This document shows positions 8,753 through 18,629 of a DNA stretch of 64,000 nucleotides, piece after piece. The stretch's first letter is position 1. Every line of letters starts with the position of its first letter. Origin of the DNA: Tepidisphaera sp. (GTDB taxonomy: Bacteria; Planctomycetota; Phycisphaerae; Phycisphaerales; UBA1924); assembly GCA_050916045.1 (NCBI GenBank), contig CP051526.1:3872001-3936000 (forward strand), written 5' to 3'. A program made the position numbers and the translations under genes. The notes under the pieces were generated by a model. It was given only the letters and a program-made list of their open reading frames with translations. It was not told the DNA's origin and made no database searches.

Positions 8753-10534
8753 TTAGCAGCCGAGCTCGAACGCGGCGACGTAATCGTTGTAGTCGAAGAA
8801 GTCGATGAAGTTGTCGAGGTTGAAGTCCGCTCCAACGGTGCCGGTTTCGAACGACGTGACGTAATCGCCGTAGTCGTTGAAATCGACGAACCCGTCCGCG
8901 TTGAAGTCAGCGGGGCAGAGCTTCACGGCGGCGGGATCGAACATCGCAAGCAACTGTCCGCCCTCGACGAGTTCGCCGGGGATCGAGAAGTGCGACTGGT
9001 TGTTGATGATGAACCAGCCCGGACCCAGAATGTCCCGAGCATCCACCACGCCGGAGGACTCCTCATCCTGCGTGAGGAAGTTGGGCGCGCCCGCCAGGTA
9101 GAGGTTCGCCGAAGCCGCGGCGATCTCGCGGATCGAATCGGTCTGGACGTCGTACGACCAGATGCGGCCGAGGCGCGGGTTGTTCCCCACATCCTCCTGG
9201 ATGATGATCTGGCCGTTCTTCGTGACGCACATGTTGTCCATCATGCGGACGTCGGTCAGGCCGCTCGCGGAGATGATCCCACCCGCGAACGTCGCGGGGT
9301 TCGAGCCGTCACCCAGCATGGTCACCGTGCCGCCGTTCTGGGGGTTGGCGATGTCGCTAAAGGTCATGACCCAGAGGCGGCTGTTGCCGGTGAAGCTGTC
9401 GGTGGTGACGAAGTAGAACTTGTCCTTCGCGAGGGGGTCCCAGGCGCCGTCCTCGGGGCGGGCAAAGTTCATCTGGCCCTGCGCATCGAGGCTCTGGAGA
9501 TAAGCGCCCGTGCGGGACTTGGGTTCGGTGACCTCGATCGTGCGGAAGGCGGCAGACTCGCGGCGGCCGTTGGTCGCGTTGCCGAGGACAAACGTACGGT
9601 CCTCGACCGGCTGCCCGCTCGAGTTGACCGTCACGCCCTCGATCACGATCGCGAAGAGCCGTCCGTCAACGAGGCCCGCGCGCTCCACGACGTTGCCCGA
9701 ATCCCGCTTGGTCCCGACGTAGATGTACAGGTTGCCGGGGGTCGAATCGTCAAGCCCGACGCAGACCGTCGCCGCCTGGGGGAACGGGCACGCGAGGTTG
9801 TTCTCCCAAGAGTAATCGCCGTGCTCGGGAAGCTCGTAGATGGTCCCAGCTTCATCGCCCGTGGCGATGTGCGCGAACGCGCGGCCCGGGGCTCCAACCT
9901 CCTCACCGTTGAGGAGGATCCGAGCGTCGGTGCCGAGGTTGCCGAACCGGTATGCGGAAGGCTCAGCCATATCCGCCGAGCAGAACCGGCCGAAACCGTT
10001 CCGGCTGGGATCCGGCGTGTTGTAGTCCGCGATGACGTTGTTGGCGTACGTCGGCATCGGGCGGGCGGTGTTGTACGTCTCGTACGCGTTGGTGCCCGTG
10101 TTCCAGAGCTTGGCCGACGTGCCCAGATCATCCCCGCCGATCACGCGGAGGTCGCTCGCGTCGGCTTTGATCCGCCAGCGGGAGACGAAGCTGCCGCGGC
10201 TGCCGTGCGCACGAACGATGCTCGTGTTGGCGCCGTTCTCGTGATTCACGAGCACGGAAAAGGTGCCGTTCGCGATATCCGTCGCGTCCGCGAACACGCC
10301 CATTCCGTCGGGAAGCCCGGTGAAACGGTAATCGACCGCGCCGGTCGAGAGGCGGGTGTAGAGCTCATCCGTGAAGATCCCCGTCCCGTTGCCGTTGCTC
10401 GCGATCGAGACCGTCACGACGCCGGTCGCCGCCGGAAGAAACTCCGGCCCGCGCGTCGTGCTCGGACCCTGAACCTGCGCCATCGCGCTCGCCGCACCGG
10501 CGGACACCACCAACATCGCAACACGTGCTTTCAT
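8753..10534 (-). CDS. Secreted PhoX/DUF839-like beta-propeller phosphatase with C-terminal GC-type dockerin-like module
   Basis: Signal peptide MKARVAML; NHE, RFCSA, WEN, RPEDG, MDN, QED, ESSG and QSH motifs; ends CPADFNADGFVDFNDY...FIDFFDYNDYVAAFELGC. Confidence 0.8.
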   Translation of the reverse strand: MKARVAMLVVSAGAASAMAQVQGPSTTRGPEFLPAATGVVTVSIASNGNGTGIFTDELYTRLSTGAVDYRFTGLPDGMGVFADATDIANGTFSVLVNHENGANTSIVRAHGSRGSFVSRWRIKADASDLRVIGGDDLGTSAKLWNTGTNAYETYNTARPMPTYANNVIADYNTPDPSRNGFGRFCSADMAEPSAYRFGNLGTDARILLNGEEVGAPGRAFAHIATGDEAGTIYELPEHGDYSWENNLACPFPQAATVCVGLDDSTPGNLYIYVGTKRDSGNVVERAGLVDGRLFAIVIEGVTVNSSGQPVEDRTFVLGNATNGRRESAAFRTIEVTEPKSRTGAYLQSLDAQGQMNFARPEDGAWDPLAKDKFYFVTTDSFTGNSRLWVMTFSDIANPQNGGTVTMLGDGSNPATFAGGIISASGLTDVRMMDNMCVTKNGQIIIQEDVGNNPRLGRIWSYDVQTDSIREIAAASANLYLAGAPNFLTQDEESSGVVDARDILGPGWFIINNQSHFSIPGELVEGGQLLAMFDPAAVKLCPADFNADGFVDFNDYGDYVTSFETGTVGADFNLDNFIDFFDYNDYVAAFELGC

Positions 10535-10768
10535 CGGAACCTCCCTGGGCTGATCGCGCGTCGGCGTGCTCAACGGCCGCCTCGAACGAGCGAACACGGG
10601 ACCTTACCGCGCCATCGCACCCCATCGGCCTTTCGACGCGCGAGGACTTCGTGAGAACTGCGCACAGACGACACGCGGCAAAGAACCAAACCGAATCCTC
10701 GCGCAACATCGTCGGAATCCGCACAATCACCCCCGCGTTGTCCGTTACCGTGCCGCCGGAGGTCTGCC

Positions 10769-11941
10769 ATGAACTCACCCGTGACATCACGCTGGACCAT
10801 CGCCGCCCTTTGCATGATCGGGACGGCGTCTTGTGCGCACGCGCAGCCGCTCTCCCATAGCGTGCTGGCCGAGAGCTTTCTCTCGCTTCGGATCAACGCG
10901 TACCAGCAGGTCAATCTGGTCTCAAGCCGTCCCTCCGACAACCCGCAGATCCTGGACCCGCTGCTCCTGGACGCGTGGGGCATCGCCATCCGACCGCCCG
11001 GAGCCGGTGGCCACTGGTGGCTCAACAACACCGCGAGCGGCACCACCACGACCTACGTCGGCGACACGCCCACCGAACCGCTCTTCCAGGATGAGCTCAA
11101 GGTCGTCACGATCCCCCGCGGGCGGATCTACGAGCACCTCCTCGACTACGTCTCTCAGCCCACGGGCGTCGTCTACACCGGGCACTCCTCGACGGACTTC
11201 ATGGTGACGGGCGAAGGGATCACCGGCCCGGCAAAGTTCGTCTTCTGCGCCCTGGACGGCACGCTCTCGGCGTGGACGACGAACCAGACGGCCGCGGTGA
11301 ACATGGTGGACGATTCGGCATCTGGCGCGATGTTCACAGGGCTGGCCGCGTCCGAGCGTGCTTCGGGCAATCTGCTTTACGTCTGCGATTTCGGCCTGGA
11401 GCGGTTCCGGATCTTCGATCACGCGTTCCGCGAGCTTCCCGTCCCGGCCGGGAAGTTCCGTGATCCGCGCATCGCGTCCACGTTCTCGCATTACAACTGC
11501 CAGGTGCTTTCCGACGGACTGCTCTATGTCACGTTTGCGTACGTCGGCGACGACCCGGGCGAAGAAGATCGCCACCCGGGGTACGGCTATGTGACCTCGT
11601 TCGATCTCGACGGCAACATCGTCAAGCAGTACGAGCACCGCCTCGAGCTCAACGCGCCGTGGGGCGTCGCAATCGCTCCGGACAATTTCGGCCCTTTCTC
11701 CGGCCAGCTCATCGTCGGCAACTTCGGCGACCATCGCGTGATGGCGTTCTCGCGGACGACCGGACGGTTCCTGGATTTCCTGCGAGCACCGGACCGCAAG
11801 CCCATCGAGATCGACGGCTTGTGGGGCCTTCAGTTCGGCAACGGCGTGCGGCTCGGATACACGAACCACCTCTACTTCGCGGCCGGCCCGGAGGAAGAGG
11901 AAGAAGGCCTCTTCGGCAAGCTCGTCCCGCTCACGCCGTGA
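10769..11941 (+). CDS. TIGR03118-like exported beta-propeller protein
   Basis: YQQVNLVS, AWGIA, PTGVV, LNAPWGVAIAP, VGNFGD, IDGLWGLQFGNG and LYFAAGP motifs. Confidence 0.82.
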   Translation: MNSPVTSRWTIAALCMIGTASCAHAQPLSHSVLAESFLSLRINAYQQVNLVSSRPSDNPQILDPLLLDAWGIAIRPPGAGGHWWLNNTASGTTTTYVGDTPTEPLFQDELKVVTIPRGRIYEHLLDYVSQPTGVVYTGHSSTDFMVTGEGITGPAKFVFCALDGTLSAWTTNQTAAVNMVDDSASGAMFTGLAASERASGNLLYVCDFGLERFRIFDHAFRELPVPAGKFRDPRIASTFSHYNCQVLSDGLLYVTFAYVGDDPGEEDRHPGYGYVTSFDLDGNIVKQYEHRLELNAPWGVAIAPDNFGPFSGQLIVGNFGDHRVMAFSRTTGRFLDFLRAPDRKPIEIDGLWGLQFGNGVRLGYTNHLYFAAGPEEEEEGLFGKLVPLTP

Positions 11942-12321
11942 GGACGAGTCGCGACGAAAGCTCTCCCAGAGCCGTTCGGAAGACCGGGTGCTCTTGGCAA
12001 GAGACCAGCACTTGGATCAGATCCGCTACGACGCCCCTAGCTCCTGCGAGCACTTGCACGCTGCCTGGCGTGGTGGTCTTACCGAACCGCAAACGGGGGC
12101 GAGAAGCGGGTGATCTCTCTCCGAAGGCCACCCAAGCCACGCTTGCTTCGAATCGGACATTGAATCGTTCGCACCCGGAGCGTGGGGATCGCGGTGGGCC
12201 TTCGCGACCATGTTTTGATCGTCGCACAGGTCCGCTGATCCGGGCTTCATTTCTTTTTGAGGATCATGTCCGGACGCGGGATCTGGTCGCTCCTCCGGGG
12301 ACCCCGCTGGAGAGATGCTCG

Positions 12322-13056
12322 ATGACAACGATCGCGAAACTGGTCGGAACCGCCGGAGTGCTTGTGATGTGCTCGGGAGCTTGGGCGCAAGCTCCGTTCG
12401 ACGACGGCTTCGGCCGAGAGTGGCGACAGCTCACGGACACGGTGAACCTGAGCTGGGACCAGGTCGCGGCGGTCTGTCCGACGGACGGGCGAACGCCCGG
12501 AACGGGCTCGGCGGGCGGGCGCGATGTGACGGGGTGGGTCTGGGCGACGCGAGCCCAGGTGCGGACCATGTTCGCTCGTTATGAACCGGCGCTCAACGAG
12601 AGCCTGTCCGTCGGCGGACCGGGCCATCTGCTTTCGGCTCTCGAGTTTCTCTCGGGGGGCCGGATCCGGCCGACGTTCGAGTACTACACATCGTTCGGCG
12701 GTTATCTTTACACCGCCGGCTTGCTCGCGGACCGCAACCCCGACGGCACCGCCGCCCTCGCGGAGATCAGCGCGGAGTATCCGGTGTTCTACGGGGCATG
12801 GACGGTCGAGAGCCAAGCGGCCCCGACGACGCAGCTTCGCTTCGCGGGCGTCTGGCTCTGGCGGTGGACCGCCGACCGCTGCCACGCGGATTTCAACATC
12901 GATGGGTTCCTCGATTTCTTCGACTACGACCAGTTCGTGAACTGCTTCGAGACAGGGGCCTGCCCCGCGGACGCGTCGGCCGACTTCAACGCCGATGGAT
13001 TCGTCGATTTCTTCGACTATGACGCGTTCGTGGAAGCGTTCGAAGCGGGCTGCTGA
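12322..13056 (+). CDS. Secreted hypothetical protein with C-terminal GC-type dockerin-like module
   Basis: Signal peptide MTTIAK...AWA-Q; ends CHADFNIDGFLDFFDYD...ADFNADGFVDFFDYDAFVEAFEAGC. Confidence 0.8.
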   Translation: MTTIAKLVGTAGVLVMCSGAWAQAPFDDGFGREWRQLTDTVNLSWDQVAAVCPTDGRTPGTGSAGGRDVTGWVWATRAQVRTMFARYEPALNESLSVGGPGHLLSALEFLSGGRIRPTFEYYTSFGGYLYTAGLLADRNPDGTAALAEISAEYPVFYGAWTVESQAAPTTQLRFAGVWLWRWTADRCHADFNIDGFLDFFDYDQFVNCFETGACPADASADFNADGFVDFFDYDAFVEAFEAGC

Positions 13057-13157
13057 CGCGCGAGTGAACGTTGGCATCGAGAAAGACGAGCCTCACGCTG
13101 GCGCGTGAGGCTCGTGGGGTTGCGTGCGGATGGGGCGTTGCGGGGGCTCACTGCGGC

Positions 13158-13808
13158 TTACTTCGCCCGCGTGTACGTGATCTCGAACGCGATGAAGTCG
13201 CTGCCGTACATCACTTCCCACGCTTCGAACTTGAAAGTGTTGTCGTCGATGAAGCGGGTGACGTACTTCACGGTCTTGCCGATCTCGCCGGTCATGGGTT
13301 CATCCATCGTGCCGAACATCGTGATGATCTTGCCGTCGGGGCTCTTGGAGCCGGTCATGTAGGAGATGGAAGTGCCGAAAGTGTCGGCCCACGTGCCCAC
13401 GTACTGCTTGCGGGTGTTGTCAAAGCCGGTCATGCCGAAGCCGGACATGGGCATGCCCATCATCTCGCCCTCAAACTCCTGGACCTGGTACTTGTCGCCG
13501 AGCATCATCCGGATCGTGGCTTTGCCCTTGGACTCCTGAGCGGGGGCCCCGGGCCCGCCGGCAAAGACCTTGACAGCGCAGTCCCACTTGCCGACGGACT
13601 TCTTCATGGCTTCGTGAGCCGGACCGGGCTTCATCGAAGCCATCCAATCGTCCATCATCTTCTGCTGCTCGGCGGGGGTCGGGGCCGCGGGCTGCTTGGC
13701 GTCAGCCTTCTTGACGGGCTGGGCGAGCGTGCACGCGCCCAAGCCCGCGAGCGTGCCCGCCGCCGCCGAAACCAAAACCGCCGTGACCATGAGCTTCGAG
13801 ACGTTCAT
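13158..13808 (-). CDS. DUF1579-like exported beta-barrel protein
   Basis: PGPAHEAMKKSVGKW, GMTGFDNTRKQYVGTWADT and FEITYTR motifs; AAGGAG RBS before MNVSK. Confidence 0.8.
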   Translation of the reverse strand: MNVSKLMVTAVLVSAAAGTLAGLGACTLAQPVKKADAKQPAAPTPAEQQKMMDDWMASMKPGPAHEAMKKSVGKWDCAVKVFAGGPGAPAQESKGKATIRMMLGDKYQVQEFEGEMMGMPMSGFGMTGFDNTRKQYVGTWADTFGTSISYMTGSKSPDGKIITMFGTMDEPMTGEIGKTVKYVTRFIDDNTFKFEAWEVMYGSDFIAFEITYTRAK

Positions 13809-14066
13809 CCGGTTCTCCTTGTCCAATGGCAGGGACCGCGCGGACAGGTCGACACCCGACCGTCTTCCGCACGGAACTTGGACGATATCAGACTACCGAG
13901 CGGCCGCCAGCCCGAAGAATTACGGGGTTGCGAGGCGCCAGAGCCCTCGTTTCACCCGCTTTCGGGTTGGAATTGCGCCCCCGAGCGGGTATCTTGGCAC
14001 AAAGTTGGTCAACCGGTTCGGGTTCGGGCGCACGCTCACCCCGGCCGGTGCATCCCTTGGGGGCCT

Positions 14067-14711
14067 GTGTCACTCGATGATCGATCCAATTCGGTAGCCG
14101 ACCAGACCTCAACGCGCGAGGCCCAGACGCGCGTCGCGAGCTTGCTGACGGCCGCCGCGACCGGCGACAGCCTCGCGACGGACGAGCTCTTTCCGATCGT
14201 GTACGACGAACTGCACCGGCTCGCGACCGCGATGATGTCGCGTGAGCGCGGCAAAGGGCCGTACACGCTCCAGCCCACCGCCCTGGTGAACGAGGCGTAT
14301 GTTCGCCTTCTGGGGCCGGGGGACCACGGCTGGAAAAGCCGGGGGCAGTTCTTCTCAGCCGCCGCGAAGGCGATGCGGCACATCCTCATCGATCGGGCCC
14401 GCCGCTCACGCACCGCGAAGGAGAAGGGTGGGCCGGAGCTGAACGAGTCGATCGTGCCGGCCTTTGACAGCAAGACACAGACGTCCTGCGCTGCGGATGA
14501 GCTTGTCGCGCTGGACGTGGCGATGGACTCGCTCAAAGCCCGAGACGAACGGCAGCACGAGGTCGTGATGCTCAAGTACTTCGCGGGGCTGACGTTCGAG
14601 CAGATCGCGGCGACGCTGGATCTGGCGCTCTCGACGGTGAAGGCGGACTGGTCGTACGCCCGGGCCTGGCTGCTGCGTGAAATCAACCGTGCGGAGCGGG
14701 CCCATGGCTGA
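14067..14711 (+). CDS. ECF-type sigma factor (TIGR02999/ECF43-like, kinase-associated)
   Basis: LFPIVYDELHRLA, TLQPTALVNEAY, FFSAAAKAMRHILIDRAR and region-4 YFAGLT..IA..L...TVKADW..ARAWL; start uncertain. Confidence 0.88.
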   Translation: MSLDDRSNSVADQTSTREAQTRVASLLTAAATGDSLATDELFPIVYDELHRLATAMMSRERGKGPYTLQPTALVNEAYVRLLGPGDHGWKSRGQFFSAAAKAMRHILIDRARRSRTAKEKGGPELNESIVPAFDSKTQTSCAADELVALDVAMDSLKARDERQHEVVMLKYFAGLTFEQIAATLDLALSTVKADWSYARAWLLREINRAERAHG

Positions 14712-17193
14712 CACGCCGTCCTCCGGAAGCTGGGGTGGTGTCGCCGTCTCGGCCGAGCGGCAGACGCGCGAGCTTTTCGAAGCCGCTCTCGCCCTGCACG
14801 GGGACGCCCGCAGAACGCTGCTGGAGCGGGCACGCCTCGAGAACGCAACGGTCTGCGCCGAGGTGGAATCGCTGCTGGAGTACCACGAGAACGAATCCGG
14901 GCTTCTGGACGAAGACGCCAGGATCGTCGCGGCGCGGCTCGGGCCCGTGAACATGCCCGTGCCCGCCTCGATCGGCAGGTACACCATCGTGCGCGAGATC
15001 GGCCATGGCGGCATGGGTGTGGTCTACGAAGCCACACAGGAATTTCCCAAGCGACGCGTCGCGCTCAAGGTCATCAGGCCCGAGCTGATCGGACGCTCGA
15101 TCACGCGCCGGTTCGAGCACGAAGCCGAAGCTCTCGCGGCGGTGCAGCATCCGGCGATCGCCCAGCTCTTCGAAGCGGGGTTCGAGACGGCGCAAATGGC
15201 CGACGGGTCGACCCACCCCGCGCGGGTCGCCTTCATGGCGATGGAGCTGGTGCAGGGCAAACCGCTGAGCGAAGCCACCGCGACCATGTCCGTTGAAGCC
15301 AAGGTGGAGCTTCTGGCCAGAATCTGCGACGCGGTCGACCACGCGCACCGCCGCGGGGTCATCCACCGCGACCTCAAGCCCGGGAACATCCTCGTCGGCG
15401 AGAACGGGCTTCCGAAAGTGCTCGATTTCGGGATCGCCAAGCTGACGGATCGCACGTCGGCGAACGCCACGCTGGACACCAAAGTCGGACAGATCGTGGG
15501 CACCGTCGGGTACATGAGCCCCGAGCAGCTTGATGGCGGGCACGGGCAGGTCGACCTGCGGAGCGACGTCTATTCGCTCGGGGTGCTTCTGTACGAGACG
15601 CTCGCGGGCGTCCCGCCGATCGACGTCGCGGGGCTTTCGCTGGCTGGCGCGGCGAGCGCGGTGAGGGATCGCGAGCCGACGCCGCTGGGCCGGCGATCAA
15701 CGCACCTTCGCGGAGATCTTGAGGCGATCGCGGCTCACGCGCTCGAGAAGGACCCGGACAGCCGGTATTCCTCCGCCGCCCATCTCGCGGAGGATCTCAG
15801 GCGGACGCTCCGGCACGAGCCCGTTTCGGCGCGGCCGCTCACGGCGTTCTACCACGCGGGCAAGTTCGCCCGGCGTCACCGCGGGCTGGTGGCTTCACTC
15901 GCCGCCGTGATGGTGGCGCTGGCGGGGGGAGTGATCGCCTTCGCTTGGCAAGCACGGGAAGCCAAGGCACAAGCCGCGGACGCGAATAGCGCCCTCGTCT
16001 TTCTGATGGAGACGCTTCAGGCCGCGAACCCGGAGGTTGCTCAGGGCCGCAATCTCACGATGCGGGACGCTCTTGACCGCTCCGAGACGATGCTCGAGCA
16101 GGCCAGGGAGATGCACCCGAGGGTCCGGGCCCAGCTTCACCACATGCTCGGCCACATCTACGAAAGCCTGTACGAGCACGAAAAGTCCCTGAACCACTAC
16201 GTGAAGCTCGCCGCGATCCGAGAGAACCTCTTCGGTGCGGATTCGCGCGAAGGCCTGCACGCACGGCTCCTGACCGTGTGGCCGATGTACGGCGTAGGCA
16301 GGAAGAGCGAAGCTTGGGATCTCGCTCGGGCGCTCAAAGCCCGCGCCGAGAAGATTCTCGGACCCGACGATGAGGTCACCGTCGACCTCCACTCGTCGAT
16401 CGCGACGACCGCTTCGGTCGAGTTCGGGCTGACGCGCGACGAGGTTCTTGATCTCCAGAGGATCGCGATCGCGCGGCTTGAGGCTCATTACGGGCGCGAG
16501 AGCGAGGAAGCCGACCGCGAGCGGATGAATCACGCCGTCACGCTCATGTCCTTCGATCAGGAAGCCGTGGCAATCCCGATCATCCGCGAGAGCCTGGCAT
16601 GGCGCATGCGAGCGATGGGAGCGAACCATCCGTCGGTGCTGGTGGCGATGAGCAACCTCGGCGGCGTCCTCTGCAACGGCGACCAGTTCGAAGAAGGCTT
16701 GCAGATCCTGCGGGACTGCGTCAAGGGATCCGAACAGCTCTGGGGAATGGCGAACCGCGCGACGATCAAGCGACGCGCCGATCTTGCGATGTCCCTTTTC
16801 CGCGCGGGCAAGCTCGAAGAATGCGAGAACGTCCTCAAGCGGCACATCCAGATCCTCGCCGCTTCCGAAGGCCCGACGGGACAACCGACGATCAAGGCCA
16901 GGGGCATGCTCACCGCCGCCCTGATCGCGCAGAAACGCTTCGCCGAAGCCGAGCTCGAGCTGGAATCGCTTTTCAACGACACCTCCGCCGCGTTCGGCGA
17001 GCAAGCCGACGAAACCGTCCAGGTGGCGACGCTCCGGTTTGACCTCTGCGAGCAGCGCCGCGATGGAGCGGGCATGCTCCGATGGGCGGAGTTCCTCAAA
17101 GCCACCAAGTGGGGCGAGGAAGCCATGAAGCAAGCGAAAGCCGCGGCCGCCCGGTTCGCCGCCGAAGACGCGGAAGCGGCGAATTCCAAGTAG
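14704..17193 (+). CDS. Hanks-type Ser/Thr protein kinase with TM helix and C-terminal TPR repeats
   Basis: IGHGGMGVVY, VALKVI, HRDLKPGN, DFGIAK, GTVGYMSPE and DVYSLG motifs; overlaps the ECF stop. Confidence 0.93.
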   Translation: MADTPSSGSWGGVAVSAERQTRELFEAALALHGDARRTLLERARLENATVCAEVESLLEYHENESGLLDEDARIVAARLGPVNMPVPASIGRYTIVREIGHGGMGVVYEATQEFPKRRVALKVIRPELIGRSITRRFEHEAEALAAVQHPAIAQLFEAGFETAQMADGSTHPARVAFMAMELVQGKPLSEATATMSVEAKVELLARICDAVDHAHRRGVIHRDLKPGNILVGENGLPKVLDFGIAKLTDRTSANATLDTKVGQIVGTVGYMSPEQLDGGHGQVDLRSDVYSLGVLLYETLAGVPPIDVAGLSLAGAASAVRDREPTPLGRRSTHLRGDLEAIAAHALEKDPDSRYSSAAHLAEDLRRTLRHEPVSARPLTAFYHAGKFARRHRGLVASLAAVMVALAGGVIAFAWQAREAKAQAADANSALVFLMETLQAANPEVAQGRNLTMRDALDRSETMLEQAREMHPRVRAQLHHMLGHIYESLYEHEKSLNHYVKLAAIRENLFGADSREGLHARLLTVWPMYGVGRKSEAWDLARALKARAEKILGPDDEVTVDLHSSIATTASVEFGLTRDEVLDLQRIAIARLEAHYGRESEEADRERMNHAVTLMSFDQEAVAIPIIRESLAWRMRAMGANHPSVLVAMSNLGGVLCNGDQFEEGLQILRDCVKGSEQLWGMANRATIKRRADLAMSLFRAGKLEECENVLKRHIQILAASEGPTGQPTIKARGMLTAALIAQKRFAEAELELESLFNDTSAAFGEQADETVQVATLRFDLCEQRRDGAGMLRWAEFLKATKWGEEAMKQAKAAAARFAAEDAEAANSK

Positions 17194-17217
17194 CCCGCGG
17201 CCGACGCTCGGTGTTGA

Positions 17218-17883
17218 TCAGCAACCGGCTTCGAAGCCCGCGACGAAATCGTCGTAGTCGAAGAAGTCGACGAACCCGTCGCCGTTGACGTCCGCGCCGT
17301 CGCGGCAGGGCGGCGTCGGCCCGCCCTCGTACGCGGTCACGAAGTCGTCATAGTCGAAGAAATCCAGGAACCCGTCGCAGTTGAAGTCCGCCGGGCACGA
17401 CGTTCCGACGAAGCGGGTCGGGTCGTCCAGATTGATCCAGCCAACGTTCTCACCCCAGGCATATCCGCGCAGACGGGCGCTGGCACCGTCGTACCGGGCC
17501 TGTTGAGCCGCCGGAAGCGTCGCGTGCGGGCCGAAGTTGATCCAGCCGATGTTCTCGCCCCAGCCCAAGCCGCCGAGACGGTTGTCGGGAAGCACGTTGA
17601 CGCCACAGTCCGCGCCGTTCACGTTCGAGTAGGCCGCACCATTCGCCGGTGTGCCGTCGCCGAGGTTCACATACCCGACGTTCTCGCACCAGATGAACCC
17701 CGACAGCACGTCGGGGTTGAGCAGGACGCCCTGTGAACCCGCGGGGCTGCCCGCGTCACGCCAGTTCATCCAGCCGATGTTCTCGCCCCACGAGAACTTG
17801 TTGGTCGTGTCGATGTTGGAGGTCTGTGCAAACGCTGCGGGAGCGAGGACGGCGGCGGAGATGACGATCATCAAGCGATTCAT
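17218..17883 (-). CDS. Secreted protein with four WxENxG(W/Y) repeats and C-terminal GC-type dockerin-like module
   Basis: Signal peptide ending AFA-Q; repeats WGENIGW, WCENVGY, WGENIGW, WGENVGW; ends ...FVAGFEAGC. Confidence 0.82.
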   Translation of the reverse strand: MNRLMIVISAAVLAPAAFAQTSNIDTTNKFSWGENIGWMNWRDAGSPAGSQGVLLNPDVLSGFIWCENVGYVNLGDGTPANGAAYSNVNGADCGVNVLPDNRLGGLGWGENIGWINFGPHATLPAAQQARYDGASARLRGYAWGENVGWINLDDPTRFVGTSCPADFNCDGFLDFFDYDDFVTAYEGGPTPPCRDGADVNGDGFVDFFDYDDFVAGFEAGC

Positions 17884-18066
17884 GGTGGACTTCCTGTGGA
17901 TGGCGCCCGGGGCTCCCGGAAGCATTTCGAGCGAATCCGACGGGAAAGGCTAACGCATCAGGGGAGTGGTTGCAAGAGCGAAACGGTCGAACGCTGCAAA
18001 GTTGGGAATCCAGCTCGGCGAGAGGGATTCCCACCTTTAGGGGCGGGCCGCTCTGGATGATCCGAG

Positions 18067-18213
18067 TTATTGGCACTTGGGCAACAGAGCCGTCACACCG
18101 GGGCTGCGGGCCGATCCGTCGGAGCCCGCGGGCGGGTTCAGCGGCCCCGCCACCAGCGCGCCGACGGCAAGCAGAGAAAGGGTCGAAACGACGATCTTCT
18201 TCGAATGCTTCAT
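18067..18213 (-). pseudogene. Truncated remnant: signal peptide plus AGPLNPPAG motif (48 aa)
   Basis: Strong RBS (AGAGGAG), then MKHSKKIVVSTLSLLAVGALVAGPLNPPAGSDGSARSPGVTALLPKCQ-stop; shorter than any ORF in the supplied track. Confidence 0.55.
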
Positions 18214-18320
18214 AAACCACTCCTCTCGCGTGCCGATCCGGGGCGACGCTCAACCTCAGTGCGAGCACAGCGCCGCCGGAAGCTGAAACACATCAGCCGA
18301 CTCCGCGCTGGCTCAAGCGC

Positions 18321-18599
18321 CTAAGCCAAGGTCCGGAGCATGACGACGAACGCGACCGCGTTGAACGCGATCGGGAACGATCCCACGCCGACGGCGTACC
18401 ACGGACGCCCGAAAACCATGAGACATGCGGCCGCCGCAACACTCAGCAACGTCACGATCAGGATCGTGAGCATCCAGGCTTTGATCTGCGCCAGTTGTTC
18501 CGGTTTGCTGTTGGGTGAGCCGGCGAGGAGCAGGGTCAGGAGCATGACCGAGGCGAAGATGCCGCAGCCGGTCGCGAGCAGAGCGAGAACGTACGTCAT
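18321..18599 (-). CDS. Small three-TM membrane protein
   Basis: 92 aa hydrophobic ORF with NSKPEQL loop; AAGGAAG upstream. Confidence 0.7.
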   Translation of the reverse strand: MTYVLALLATGCGIFASVMLLTLLLAGSPNSKPEQLAQIKAWMLTILIVTLLSVAAAACLMVFGRPWYAVGVGSFPIAFNAVAFVVMLRTLA

Positions 18600-18629
18600 G
18601 GTGGTGCGCTTCCTTGCTTTCGGGCGAGT

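Noticed and set aside
11938..11965. Hammerhead-ribozyme-like GACGA-gtcgcgac-GAAA
   Set aside because: Lacks the required CUGANGA core and flanking stems; overlaps a stop codon.
13071..14066. Long N-terminal extension of the ECF sigma
   Set aside because: Antisense shadow of the DUF1579 gene; sigma homology starts near 14067-14130.
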